63,377 bases of DNA, filler included, from Candidatus Woesearchaeota archaeon (GCA_018221205.1; 4 parts of 4 records of this genome joined end to end with filler, not necessarily neighbours in it), one strand, 5' to 3'. Positions 47,292-57,562 are shown, counted from the whole stretch's first letter. A program made the numbers and translations. The notes: generated from the sequence alone by a model not told the origin.

Positions 47292-47882
47292 TTATTTTAC
47301 TTGACTATAATAGATGTGATATCCTGACTGTCTTCCCAATATTTTCACATTGCCGAAGACTGATTCCATCTTTTTTGCTAAATCTTTTCCGCCTTTCTTG
47401 CTTCTTGCCACTAATTGCAGAGAGCCGCCTTTCTTCAGGAAGGTATAAGAATCTTCTATCAGCTTGAAGCAGAGCTTCTTGCCTGCATGCTGGGGCGGAT
47501 TCGAGAGGATGATATCAAAGGTCTCGTTGATGCTGTCAAAGAGGAAGCTTTTCAGGACGTCAGCATGACATACATTCAGCTCGCAGTTCTTCTTCGCAAG
47601 AACCACTGCACGCGCATTGACGTCAGACATGACTATCTTTGCCTTCGGGTAGACCTTTGCAAGCACTATGCCGACAGCACCATAGCCGCAGCCAAGGTCA
47701 AGGATCTTCTCCTTTCCTTGGATCTTTGATTCTCTGATCAACAGGTCAGTGCCTTTGTCGATCCTGTTCCGAGAGAAAACAGAAGAAGAAGTGAGGAAAT
47801 TAAAAGTGAGATTCTCTACTGTATAGCTGAGAGTCTTTCTCTTCTGGCTGCTTTTCGGCTGTTTTGAAAAATAGTGCTCCAT
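47292..47882 (-). CDS. RsmC/MTS-family small methyltransferase
   Basis: MEHYFS, VFSRNRIDKGT, LDLGCGYG, DVNARA, SNPP. Confidence 0.9.
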   Translation of the reverse strand: MEHYFSKQPKSSQKRKTLSYTVENLTFNFLTSSSVFSRNRIDKGTDLLIRESKIQGKEKILDLGCGYGAVGIVLAKVYPKAKIVMSDVNARAVVLAKKNCELNVCHADVLKSFLFDSINETFDIILSNPPQHAGKKLCFKLIEDSYTFLKKGGSLQLVARSKKGGKDLAKKMESVFGNVKILGRQSGYHIYYSQVK

Positions 47883-47883
47883 T

Positions 47884-48558
47884 TTAAGACATCAGGCCAA
47901 GCAGTGTGTACAAAGCCCGGTCAGTCGCTTTGAAGAGCTCTTCCTGCTTTCCAGTCATGATGATGCAGTTATCTATAAAGAGGACATTGGTCTCTTCTTC
48001 AGTGGAAAAGTAAAAGACAGGTGCATCAGTGGAATCGCAATCGACTATTGGTCTATCGACGCATGCAGTGTCTTCATCAGTGGTGCAGGCGCCTATCACT
48101 CCCTTGCCGAAGACATCAGTCAAGACGCGGGCTGCTTCTCCTGTCGAGACTGCGATGAAACCAAGATCCTCATCCTTCGGGTTGAAGGTCATATAGAAAG
48201 CTTTGAAGCGGTTGAAGGCAGAGGCATTCCATGCGCCTACTGGCTGGATGTCTTCCACTTCTCTCGGGGAGAAATGAAAAGGGACGTTGTACTCTGCAGT
48301 GGCTTGAGGATTCGACAAGCGGGCATACCAGCTTTCCTGATAGTAGACAAAACTATATGCCCCTTTATAGAGATAGCCTTCATCCGGAGAGAGCTTTCCT
48401 GCGAGGTTTTTCTCATGCAGACTATCCAGCGTATCGATCTCTCTTGGAATCAGTCTCGGCACAAAGATGATCGATGCAAAAATGATAACCATGATGATAA
48501 GGGCATAGATCAAGGTAGAATCCTTCTTCTTCATCTCTTTTTCAATTTCTTCTTCCAT
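47884..48558 (-). CDS. Hypothetical membrane-anchored protein
   Basis: N-terminal TM; PIVDC..P..NCII..DRALY.LLGLM; paralog of the next gene. Confidence 0.78.
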   Translation of the reverse strand: MEEEIEKEMKKKDSTLIYALIIMVIIFASIIFVPRLIPREIDTLDSLHEKNLAGKLSPDEGYLYKGAYSFVYYQESWYARLSNPQATAEYNVPFHFSPREVEDIQPVGAWNASAFNRFKAFYMTFNPKDEDLGFIAVSTGEAARVLTDVFGKGVIGACTTDEDTACVDRPIVDCDSTDAPVFYFSTEEETNVLFIDNCIIMTGKQEELFKATDRALYTLLGLMS

Positions 48559-49133
48559 CAGACAATACCCAATATCTTATACGCAATAAGATTGGTATGA
48601 GAAAGGATGAACTGGGGATCCACTGAATTGATGACAATGCAGTTTCCCTGATGAGTTATGGTATCCATAGGGGTAGAATTATAATACAATATAGGCACGA
48701 AAGAAGAGGAGCTCTCGCAGGTTATTGTCGGATGCCTTATGGACGCATTGGTGGTAAAACCGAGGCGGACGAAGATGTCCTTGTTCACAAGGACGTTGCC
48801 CAGCTCAAACGTAGCTCGGGCGATATCCTCATTGGCTGTCGAATTGAATTCTGAGGTGATGTCCAACTGGACAAGATTGCTCAGGTCTATAGTCGAAGGT
48901 AAAGAAAGGAACTCGACATCTTGGGGAATATAGGAGAGAGTATAGCGCTGGCCTTCATGGCTGAAATCCCAGCCATTCTGGGAAAGGGTGAATTTAGTGC
49001 CCTCATATCGTGATGTGGGGTTTGTGGTGTTGAATGAGCCGCCGAAAATGAAGCCCAGTATAGAGGTGACCATAATCAAGGCAAGAAATATTGACATGGC
49101 ATATTTTCCATGGTTCTTCTGTTTCTTTCGCAT
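48558..49133 (-). CDS. Hypothetical membrane-anchored protein (paralog)
   Basis: N-terminal TM; PTITC..VP..NCIVI..YKILGIV. Confidence 0.78.
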   Translation of the reverse strand: MRKKQKNHGKYAMSIFLALIMVTSILGFIFGGSFNTTNPTSRYEGTKFTLSQNGWDFSHEGQRYTLSYIPQDVEFLSLPSTIDLSNLVQLDITSEFNSTANEDIARATFELGNVLVNKDIFVRLGFTTNASIRHPTITCESSSSFVPILYYNSTPMDTITHQGNCIVINSVDPQFILSHTNLIAYKILGIV

Positions 49134-49172
49134 AGCGTGGAGAGTGGGCAAAGCATATTTAAGTGTTGTGGG

Positions 49173-49351
49173 ACGACTGGTTACATGTCGGAAATCAAGA
49201 TTTCCGAGCACATTCAGCGAGCTGAATGCTCTGTCGACATGTCAGGAATCAAAGATTCCTGAGCATGCTCAGAAACCTTCGGTTTCTGACACGCAAAGTA
49301 GGGCATAAAGCCCTACGCCGTGGTTGGCAGCTTACTAGATAACCACGGATG
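49173..49351. repeat. Structured intergenic element, family II, copy B (with 43-nt insert)
   Basis: Same core as copy A plus an extra two-hairpin insert at 49185-49227. Confidence 0.85.
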
Positions 49352-49441
49352 TTTCTTTTTTTATTATATTTTAAATATTTCAAATATTCTATATATTTGA
49401 TAACCATTAAATATATAAATGAGGAATTATGTACAGGCACC

Positions 49442-49900
49442 ATGGCTGATCTGGATCATGATGTCATAGACCTTTTTCTCTACTTAGGAGAATTCCATGG
49501 TTGGGATGCTTTGACGAGCACTATCTGCGCCATCCTGTTCATCGAGCCTAAAGAAGTTGCGCTCACTGATCTGGCAAAGAAAACAGGATACAGCTTGGCA
49601 AGCTGCTGCATCAAGGTTCAGCAGCTTGAGAAAAGCGGCCTGGTGAAGAAATTGAGCAAGCCCGGCAGCAAGAAGGTATATGCCAGCATGGAGAAAGACC
49701 TCTTTGCGCATTGGATGAACATGATAAAACGGGCTATGACGTATAAAGTGGGCCATATCAAGAATGTCCTTCCTGATATCATCAAGAGGCATAAGAATGC
49801 AGATAAGAGGAAAATAAAGATACTTGAAGGATGGCACAAAGACGTTGTGCGGATAGAAGGAATCTTTCAGGAACTGATAAAGAGGATGGAACATGACTAA
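49442..49900 (+). CDS. GbsR/MarR-like transcriptional regulator
   Basis: LTDLAKKTGYSLAS...LEKSGLV..PGSKKVY winged HTH. Confidence 0.82.
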   Translation: MADLDHDVIDLFLYLGEFHGWDALTSTICAILFIEPKEVALTDLAKKTGYSLASCCIKVQQLEKSGLVKKLSKPGSKKVYASMEKDLFAHWMNMIKRAMTYKVGHIKNVLPDIIKRHKNADKRKIKILEGWHKDVVRIEGIFQELIKRMEHD

Positions 49901-50582
49901 AGCATTTTTGGATTTGCAGAAGGTATGGAAGATCTACAAGATGGGCAACGTGGAAGTGCCTGCGTTGAGCGGATTGGATTTCAGCGTGAAGAGGGGGGAA
50001 TTTGTAGGCATCATGGGACCTTCTGGCTCTGGCAAGAGCACAGCGATGAATATGATCGGACTGTTGGATGTGCCTACGAAAGGACACATCTATTTCGAGG
50101 GAAAAGATATCTCTCTGTTCAGTGAGTCTGACCTTGCGCAGATGAGGGGGAAGAAGATAGGATTCATCTTCCAGCAATTCAACCTGATCAATACCCTTTC
50201 AGCCTTGGAGAATGTGATGCTGCCAATGATCTTTCAGGATGTACCCAGAGCTGATCGGGTAAAAAAAGCAGAAGAGCTGCTCAAACTTGTTGATCTGGGA
50301 GAGAGGATGCATCATCGGCCGACTGAACTATCGGGCGGTCAGCAGCAGAGAGTCGCTATCGCAAGAAGCCTCTGTAATGATCCTGAGATTGTGCTGGCAG
50401 ATGAGCCTACAGGCAATCTGGACCAGAAAACAGGGGGAACGGTCCTAGATTTCCTGAAGAAGCTGCATCGGGAAAAGAAGAAAACCATCATCATGGTCAC
50501 ACACGATCTGAATGTCGCGAAGAAAGCGGATCGTGTTGAATATCTTATAGACGGAAAAATAACCAAGAGGAGGGTAAAATGA
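49893..50582 (+). CDS. ABC transporter ATP-binding protein (LolD/MacB type)
   Basis: GPSGSGKS, IGFIFQQFNL, LSGGQQQR, ADEPTGNLD, VTHD. Confidence 0.95.
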   Translation: MTKAFLDLQKVWKIYKMGNVEVPALSGLDFSVKRGEFVGIMGPSGSGKSTAMNMIGLLDVPTKGHIYFEGKDISLFSESDLAQMRGKKIGFIFQQFNLINTLSALENVMLPMIFQDVPRADRVKKAEELLKLVDLGERMHHRPTELSGGQQQRVAIARSLCNDPEIVLADEPTGNLDQKTGGTVLDFLKKLHREKKKTIIMVTHDLNVAKKADRVEYLIDGKITKRRVK

Positions 50583-51847
50583 AGAAAAATATAATGTATA
50601 CTATGGTGCTATTAGTAATTATAAGTATGGTGAATGCATTAGTCACTGAAACGATAGCTGATGATACCAATATTGTCGTCACGCTGATCAATCAAGAGCC
50701 TGACCCTGTCGCACCTGGCGACGTCGTAGACTTGCGCTTCAGAATAGAGAATAAAGGAGCGGAGCCTGCTGAGGAGATGTGGGTGAAAGTCATACCGAAA
50801 TTTCCGGCAAGCATCTACTCTGATGAAGAGGAGGTGTATATCGGCACGGTTGTCGGAGGACAACGTGACAGCTTGGGGGTGAGAGAGAAATATCGCCTTC
50901 TTGTTGATGAGGCTGCGGTTGCTGGATTGAATACTGTTGAGTTCTGGTACAAGACTAAATTCAATTCTTGGACAAGAGCAGGGCAATATGATATTGAAAT
51001 AAGAGAAAGAGATGCGGTTCTGGCGATCAATGAGATTACCACTACTCCTCAGACCATCACGCCAGGAAGCACCACCAAAGTGAGCTTCAGGCTGGAGAAC
51101 CTTGCAGAGAGCCTGCTCAAGGACATCAAATTGAGCTTGGAAGTGTATAGTGTATTTGCGACGACCACTACTATTACGACTGCTGAGCTGCCTTTTACTC
51201 CTATCGGTTCTGGGAATGAGAAAACATTGAGGAGTATCGGCGCACGAGAGGCGAAAGATGTTGTCTTTGACCTCTTCACTGATGCAGATGCAGAATCAAA
51301 AGTGTACAAAGTTCCCTATATCTTGACGTATACTGATGAGCCTGGAAATAACTTCACCCGTTCTGGTGTTGTGGGGTTGATCGTCGATGCAGAACCTGAC
51401 CTGTCAGTCAGTATTGAGGACACCCAGATATTGAGTGATGGTGCTAAGGGCACGGTAAGCATCAAGTTCGTGAACAAGGGTTTCAGCGATGTCAAATTCC
51501 TGAACGTCATATTGAAGGAGACAAAGGAGTTCGATGTCCTTTCAAACCAGGAAGTGTATGTGGGCAATCTGGATTCAGATGACTTCGAGAGTGCTGAGTT
51601 CGATCTTCTGGTGCAGAAAGGGGGAAGCGGAGATATGACCCTTCCTTTGCAGATAGACTATAGAGATGCGAACGGACAGCTCTTTGAGAAAGACATCGAC
51701 CTTATACTGCCCTTATACTCAGGGAAAGAGCTGAAGAAACGGACAGATGATGGAGGAAATACCTTTGGAGGAATCCTCATCGTGCTGGTAATAGTCGCTG
51801 TCGGCATCTTTGTGTACAGAAAATATAGAAAGAAGAAAAAGAGATGA
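50579..51847 (+). CDS. COG1361 S-layer-domain protein
   Basis: Signal peptide, QEPDPVAPG..FRIEN.G Ig-like repeats, C-terminal TM plus basic tail; typical position within an ABC cluster. Confidence 0.82.
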   Translation: MKKNIMYTMVLLVIISMVNALVTETIADDTNIVVTLINQEPDPVAPGDVVDLRFRIENKGAEPAEEMWVKVIPKFPASIYSDEEEVYIGTVVGGQRDSLGVREKYRLLVDEAAVAGLNTVEFWYKTKFNSWTRAGQYDIEIRERDAVLAINEITTTPQTITPGSTTKVSFRLENLAESLLKDIKLSLEVYSVFATTTTITTAELPFTPIGSGNEKTLRSIGAREAKDVVFDLFTDADAESKVYKVPYILTYTDEPGNNFTRSGVVGLIVDAEPDLSVSIEDTQILSDGAKGTVSIKFVNKGFSDVKFLNVILKETKEFDVLSNQEVYVGNLDSDDFESAEFDLLVQKGGSGDMTLPLQIDYRDANGQLFEKDIDLILPLYSGKELKKRTDDGGNTFGGILIVLVIVAVGIFVYRKYRKKKKR

Positions 51848-53061
51848 ATACAGACTATTTTGTACTGGCTCTCAAGAGCCTGATACATAAAAAAGTACGC
51901 AGCTGGCTCACGCTTCTAGGCATCTTCATAGGGGTTGCTGCTGTTGTTTCTTTGATCGGTCTGGGAGATGGATTGCGCACAGCGATCAATTCCCAATTCG
52001 GCATCAGCTCTACAGAAGTCTTGACTGTGCAGGCCGGAGGCATCTCTGGGGCAGGACCTCCGGGCACGGGAGTGGTCAACAAACTGACGCAGGCAGACAA
52101 CGATGCTATCGAGAAATTATCTGTGGTGGATAAGTCTATCCCCCGTCTCGTACCCCAGGGAAAGCTCGAGTTCAATGATGTTGTCGGCTTCGGCATGGCG
52201 ATGAGCATTCCAGATGGTGAGAAACGCGATCTTGTCCATGAGATATTGGAAATAGAGGCTGAAGTAGGGAGACTGCTCAAGGACGGGGACTCGAACAGGG
52301 TCGTTTTGGGCTATAATTTCTACAGTGGAGATGCAGATTTCGGCAAAGACATGCATGTAGGCAACACTGTCCTTGTCCAGGATAGGAAGTTCGAGATCGT
52401 CGGCTTCACCAAAAAGAAAGGCAGTTTCATCTTCGACAATATCGTGCATATGAATGAAGATGTTGTGAGGGATCTCTTTGAGATAGAAGAGGAAGTAGAT
52501 GTAATCGCGGTATTGGTGAAAGACAAAGAACTTATCCCTAAAGCAAAAGAAGACATCGAGAAGCTTCTCAGGAAGAGACGGGATGTAAAGATAGGGGAAG
52601 AGGATTTTGAAGTGCAGACACCTGACCAGGCATTAGCAGACCTGGATTCCATCCTTGTCGGTGTGCAGATATTCATCATACTCATCGCGAGCATCTCTAT
52701 GGTCATCGGAGCAATAGGCATCGTCAACACCATGTTCACCTCTGTTATCGAACGAAGAAGGCAGATAGGCATAATGAAATCAGTAGGAGCACGAAACAGC
52801 CATATCTTCTATCAATTCTTCATCGAGGCCGGCCTGATGGGATTCATCGGCGGGCTGATCGGAACGATCATCGGAACTCTCGTCGCTTATGTCGGGACAC
52901 AAGGTATCAATGCCTGGATAGGCTCATCTGCCTCGCCAAGCATCAATTTCGGCCTCATACTCTTTGCCCTGCTCGGGAGCTTCATTTTAGGGGCTGTCTC
53001 GGGAATCATACCTGCGTTGCAGGCAGCACACCAACATCCTGTAGATGCGTTGAGGAGCTAA
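51844..53061 (+). CDS. ABC permease (MacB/FtsX family)
   Basis: RSWLTLLGIFIG, GIVNTMFTSVIERRRQIGIMKSVGA, PVDALR. Confidence 0.93.
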   Translation: MNTDYFVLALKSLIHKKVRSWLTLLGIFIGVAAVVSLIGLGDGLRTAINSQFGISSTEVLTVQAGGISGAGPPGTGVVNKLTQADNDAIEKLSVVDKSIPRLVPQGKLEFNDVVGFGMAMSIPDGEKRDLVHEILEIEAEVGRLLKDGDSNRVVLGYNFYSGDADFGKDMHVGNTVLVQDRKFEIVGFTKKKGSFIFDNIVHMNEDVVRDLFEIEEEVDVIAVLVKDKELIPKAKEDIEKLLRKRRDVKIGEEDFEVQTPDQALADLDSILVGVQIFIILIASISMVIGAIGIVNTMFTSVIERRRQIGIMKSVGARNSHIFYQFFIEAGLMGFIGGLIGTIIGTLVAYVGTQGINAWIGSSASPSINFGLILFALLGSFILGAVSGIIPALQAAHQHPVDALRS

Positions 53062-53062
53062 T

Positions 53063-54280
53063 ATGTTCAACCCAGAAATAATCAGATATACCATGGAAAA
53101 CATCATATCGCGCAAGACAAGGAGCGCTCTCACTATCCTTTCCATACTCATCGGCATCGCTGCCATCTTCATCTTTGCCAGTTTCGGACTAGGATTATAT
53201 TCTTATGTAGGGGAGATCGCTGAATCCTCGGGAATAGATAAGATCATCGTGCAAGCTCGGGGAATTGGGGCTCCTGGCCTGGATGATACGTTCAAGCTTG
53301 AGGAATCTGACCTTGAAGAAGTCGAGGGCACGAAGGGGATAAAGGAAGCCACCGCCTGGTATGTTAAAGCGATAGAGATCGAAAAAGATGATATCAAGAA
53401 ATTTGTCTTCGCTGCAGGTGTGCTGCCAGAGCCCAAGGATATCAGAATCATAGAAGCGTTGATGGGTGTCGATATCATTGAAGGAAGGCAGCTGAAGAAA
53501 GGGTTGGATGGTAAAGTAGTATTGGGATACAATTATCTCCTCCCTGACAAAATCTTCCCCAAGCCCATAGTGGTCGGTGAAAAGATACTCATCAATGACG
53601 AGAAATTTGAGGTCATAGGTTTCTATGACTCGATAGGCAATCCTGCGGATGATGCGAATGTCTATCTCTTGGAGGATGACATCAAGAAATTATTCGGTGA
53701 GGACGTCTCTTATGGTGCGATCATCGCAAGCGCGCAGGATGTCAGCCAGATCGATAGCACGGTAGAGCGGGTGGAGAAGAACCTCAGGAAAAGCCGCGAC
53801 TTGGAAGAGGGGAAAGAAGATTTCTTTGTCCAGACGTTCCAGGATGCATTGGAGATGTTCACCAATGTGATCAACATCGTCGTCGGATTCATCTTCTTTA
53901 TCGTGCTGATATCTGCGATTGTCGCTGCCATCAATACTGCCAATACCATGGTCACTTCGGTATTGGAGAGGATCAAAGAAATCGGAGTCATGAAGTCTAT
54001 CGGAGCGAGAAACAGCACTATCCGGGATCTCTTCCTGGTTGAGTCTGGATTTCTCGGTCTGATCGCTGGAATATTTGGTGTGTTCATCGGGTGGGGATTC
54101 TCATCAGTAGGTGGAACATTGCTCACAGAATTGGGGTGGGGATTCCTCAGTCCAATCTTTCCTTGGTGGCTGTTTGCATTTTGCATCGGTTTGGCTGTGG
54201 TTGTGGGTGCGGTCTCTGGGGTTATTCCGGCTGTGTATGCGTCCAAACAAAAGCCCGTAGATGCGCTACGATACGAATAA
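53063..54280 (+). CDS. ABC permease (MacB/FtsX family), paralog
   Basis: RSALTILSILIG, NTMVTSVLERIKEIGVMKSIGA, PVDALRYE. Confidence 0.93.
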   Translation: MFNPEIIRYTMENIISRKTRSALTILSILIGIAAIFIFASFGLGLYSYVGEIAESSGIDKIIVQARGIGAPGLDDTFKLEESDLEEVEGTKGIKEATAWYVKAIEIEKDDIKKFVFAAGVLPEPKDIRIIEALMGVDIIEGRQLKKGLDGKVVLGYNYLLPDKIFPKPIVVGEKILINDEKFEVIGFYDSIGNPADDANVYLLEDDIKKLFGEDVSYGAIIASAQDVSQIDSTVERVEKNLRKSRDLEEGKEDFFVQTFQDALEMFTNVINIVVGFIFFIVLISAIVAAINTANTMVTSVLERIKEIGVMKSIGARNSTIRDLFLVESGFLGLIAGIFGVFIGWGFSSVGGTLLTELGWGFLSPIFPWWLFAFCIGLAVVVGAVSGVIPAVYASKQKPVDALRYE

Positions 54281-54289
54281 GGTGATACC

Positions 54290-54526
54290 CTGTTTGAAGA
54301 ACATAAAGACATATTAGGACAGATCAATGAAAGATTGGAGAACTGCCTCAGATTGATGAGCATCCCTGAATTGGGCAAAGAAGAGAAAGATGATGTCCGG
54401 AAAGATCTTCTGGCAGCTTATCGAAAAGTGGCTACGCTGCGCATGATGCATGAAGAATTCTCAGAAGTACTGAAACGGGTAGGGGAATTTGCCAAGAGCG
54501 CAGAATTATTGGGTGAGCGATTTTAG
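54290..54526 (+). CDS. Small helical hypothetical protein (possible CTG start)
   Basis: Frame open from the permease stop; GGTGAT-ACC-CTG mirrors GGTGAT-ATC-ATG at 58400-58411. Confidence 0.5.
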   Translation: MFEEHKDILGQINERLENCLRLMSIPELGKEEKDDVRKDLLAAYRKVATLRMMHEEFSEVLKRVGEFAKSAELLGERF

Positions 54527-54733
54527 CTATTTCCTTATGGACATGACGATGCCGCCGCCTATGACGATGCCGATAATAAAGCCAAGCACGATGCCTGTTA
54601 TCATGTGATCAGGGAAATACCTATCAGCGATAATTGCTCCTGCTATGACTCCAGCAAAAAGCGAGATATATACTATGATGGAATGCAGCCTTCTTTGGTC
54701 GTCTACTGCTTCTGGGTTTCCTAAGACATCCAT
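54527..54733 (-). CDS. Small 2-TM membrane protein
   Basis: Two Gly-rich hydrophobic helices. Confidence 0.65.
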   Translation of the reverse strand: MDVLGNPEAVDDQRRLHSIIVYISLFAGVIAGAIIADRYFPDHMITGIVLGFIIGIVIGGGIVMSIRK

Positions 54734-54804
54734 ATTGCCTTTTTTGATGTTTTGATATTTAAATTTAACTACACAAAAAGCTTATAACTAAGCACCATTC
54801 TAAA

Positions 54805-57558
54805 ATGGTCATGAAAAGGGTTTTCAAATATTATCCTGAGGATTTCAAGGAAACCACGATTGATGTGGTGCATATGGACCTTGATTTCGATATCTATGAT
54901 GACCATACCAAAGTTGTGTCGCATCTTCGCGGCCGGACCAGGAAGGAGATCAAGGAACTAAGCCTTAATGCGAAGAATCTTGAGATCGTCTCTGTCAGTT
55001 CCAGTGTCGGAGAGGTGACGTTCGACTATAAGAAGGATATGCTCCTCATACGATTTCCTGAAACGATCCCTGCTGACAAGGAATTCAGCATCATGACTGA
55101 AACCATATGCAGGCCTACAAAACATATCCTTGAAGGATTGTATTTTGATGTGACGCCTTCGGAAGCTCCTCCTCAGCAGATAACCCAATGCCAGCAGTGG
55201 GGCTTCCAGCGCATCGTGCCTTGTATCGATGCGATGACTGCGAAATGCACGTATACTACCCGTATCACTGCTGATTCTAAGTATACCAATCTTATCACCA
55301 ATGGTGACATCATCGAGGAGAGGCACTCTATCGGCGAGGGAAGAGACACCATTGTCTATGATAATTCAATCACTCCGATGGCACCTTACGTATTCTTTTT
55401 GGGAGTGGGGACGTATGCTACCTTCACCAAGGAATTTGAATATCCTGACGGTGGAAAATTCATGTTAGAGCTATTGGTCCCTCCTGACTCTGATAAAAAA
55501 CGGGCTGAGAATGCCCTTCAGGTGCTTTATGACTCTATCATGTGGATCTATCTTTTTACAGGCCCTGATACCTATAAGAATCATCCTACCAGCCTGGAGA
55601 TCAAGAAACTTGTTGAGCGTCGGGATAATGGGGAGGATGTCCAGGATGAGATCACCAGCAAGATCAAAGGCATGACTCTCGGTTACAAATACACCGGAAC
55701 TGTCTACAGGGAAATCGGCATGCAGAATGCTGACTGTGGCGGCATGGAGAATGTCGGGAATACCACTATAACGACCAACAGGATCATGCCTTTTGCTGAG
55801 ATGACTGATTCTAGTTTTGAATATATGATAGATGTTAAAGTTCATGAGTTCTATCATAATCTTAATGGCTCGGAGGTTACGGGCTGGAGCCCTTTTGAAT
55901 TATGGCTGAATGAAGCTGTTACGGTTGTTATCGAGAAACAATATCATGCATTCTTATTTGGGGAGGATTATTCCCGGTTGGATGTTGTCTTGGGAATCAT
56001 GAGCCCTTTCGGAGGAACGCTAAGTGAGGATGATTCTGCTCTTTCAATGCCTATCGAACCAGATGGCTTCAACACGCCAGATGAGCTGATCACGGGCGTC
56101 ACCTATTCCAAAGCTCCTGAATTCATCCGGATGATCACCCTGCTCATGGGCAAAGAGAAATTTGTCGAGGCGTTAGATGTGTATCATCGACGGTATAAGC
56201 ATGGAAACGCTACACGGGCGCAATGGTTAGCATGCATGGAAGAAGTCTCCGGGATGGATTTCAAAAAAATGGCCCAGATGTGGCTGAAACAGCTGAAATA
56301 CCCTAACGTACATGTTGTCCGCTCTTATCATGAGAAGAAACTGACGCTGAAGCTCACTCAGTCTGGGCATTGGGAGTTTCCTTTTGCTGTTGCCTTGGTG
56401 GATGAGAATGGTGAAGATATCGCTGAGAAGACTGAATGGATCAAGAATCCTCAACAGGAGATTGTGTTTGAGAATGTTGAGCCATCGTTCATCTCTTTGA
56501 ATCGTGGTTATTCGTTCTTCGGCAAAGTTGATTTTGACGCTGGTGATGAGGAGCTGTATCTGCAAGTGCGGAAAGATAAGGATATGGTGAACAGATATGT
56601 TGCGTTCAGCAAGATCGCGAATAAGGTCAAAGAGAGACTATTGCGGAAAGAGGAGGTTGATGAACAGTTCATTGATCTGTACTTTGAATTATTGGATGAT
56701 AAGGATCTGATGCAGAATGCCTGCACGGGCATGCTGGCTATTTTCGAGCATGTCGATGATCCTGAATTTGAATATTGCTATCAAGAGCTTTATGATGTGA
56801 AGAAAGAGCTTTTGACCCGGATAGCGCGGAAATATGAGAAAGAGATCCGAAAGCTGTATGCTGAGCATTCTCATGAGAAAACAGACGGCAGCTATATGGA
56901 GAATCAGGTTGCCAACATCAAACAGAGGCAGGTGAAGAATACTTGCTTAGGTCTATTGGCTAAACTAGATACTCCAGAGATCCATTCCCTCATCAAGAAG
57001 CAGTTTGATTCAGCCAAGTGTGCGACAGACAGATATGTTGCGTTCAGCAATTATATCAACAGTTCTGCTCCTGACAAGATCGCCTTTTTAGAGGCGTATG
57101 AGAAGGTTGCACGAGAGAATCTCGTCAGTTGGGAGGCATTTTTGGGCATGATCTCGGGGAATGACAGCTCAGATGCTTTGGATATCATGAAAAGAGTTCA
57201 GGAGAGTGAGTATTTCAAGATCGAACAGACAAATGATCAACGCGCTCTTTATGGAAGGTTTGCTCTGAACAAGAAGAAATCTTTGTTGACTGAGGAAGGA
57301 AGGGGGTTCATGAAAAATGCTCTTATCAAGCTCTGTCCTGTCAATGAATATACTGCGATGCATATCTTGAGTGTGTATGGCATCATCGACAAATTGAAAG
57401 AAGAATATCATGTCCCTCTGGTGAAGATGCTTGTTGAGGTTCTTTCTACCTTAGATAAGGATAAGCAGGCAAGTGCGTATAATAATATACGACGGATCCT
57501 TTTGGGGAATACAAAGTCTGTTTCTGCATATGAGAAAGCGTTCGGGAAGATTGAATAA
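54805..57558 (+). CDS. pepN: M1-family aminopeptidase N
   Basis: LEGLY, ITQCQ, GGMEN, HEFYH(x18)E (WLNEA), YSKAPE. Confidence 0.92.
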   Translation: MVMKRVFKYYPEDFKETTIDVVHMDLDFDIYDDHTKVVSHLRGRTRKEIKELSLNAKNLEIVSVSSSVGEVTFDYKKDMLLIRFPETIPADKEFSIMTETICRPTKHILEGLYFDVTPSEAPPQQITQCQQWGFQRIVPCIDAMTAKCTYTTRITADSKYTNLITNGDIIEERHSIGEGRDTIVYDNSITPMAPYVFFLGVGTYATFTKEFEYPDGGKFMLELLVPPDSDKKRAENALQVLYDSIMWIYLFTGPDTYKNHPTSLEIKKLVERRDNGEDVQDEITSKIKGMTLGYKYTGTVYREIGMQNADCGGMENVGNTTITTNRIMPFAEMTDSSFEYMIDVKVHEFYHNLNGSEVTGWSPFELWLNEAVTVVIEKQYHAFLFGEDYSRLDVVLGIMSPFGGTLSEDDSALSMPIEPDGFNTPDELITGVTYSKAPEFIRMITLLMGKEKFVEALDVYHRRYKHGNATRAQWLACMEEVSGMDFKKMAQMWLKQLKYPNVHVVRSYHEKKLTLKLTQSGHWEFPFAVALVDENGEDIAEKTEWIKNPQQEIVFENVEPSFISLNRGYSFFGKVDFDAGDEELYLQVRKDKDMVNRYVAFSKIANKVKERLLRKEEVDEQFIDLYFELLDDKDLMQNACTGMLAIFEHVDDPEFEYCYQELYDVKKELLTRIARKYEKEIRKLYAEHSHEKTDGSYMENQVANIKQRQVKNTCLGLLAKLDTPEIHSLIKKQFDSAKCATDRYVAFSNYINSSAPDKIAFLEAYEKVARENLVSWEAFLGMISGNDSSDALDIMKRVQESEYFKIEQTNDQRALYGRFALNKKKSLLTEEGRGFMKNALIKLCPVNEYTAMHILSVYGIIDKLKEEYHVPLVKMLVEVLSTLDKDKQASAYNNIRRILLGNTKSVSAYEKAFGKIE

Positions 57559-57562
57559 GCCC

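Noticed and set aside
53710..54378. Long antisense ORFs (for example 53710-54378, 73-654, 40258-40782)
   Set aside because: Shadow frames opposite well-supported genes, with no independent motifs.
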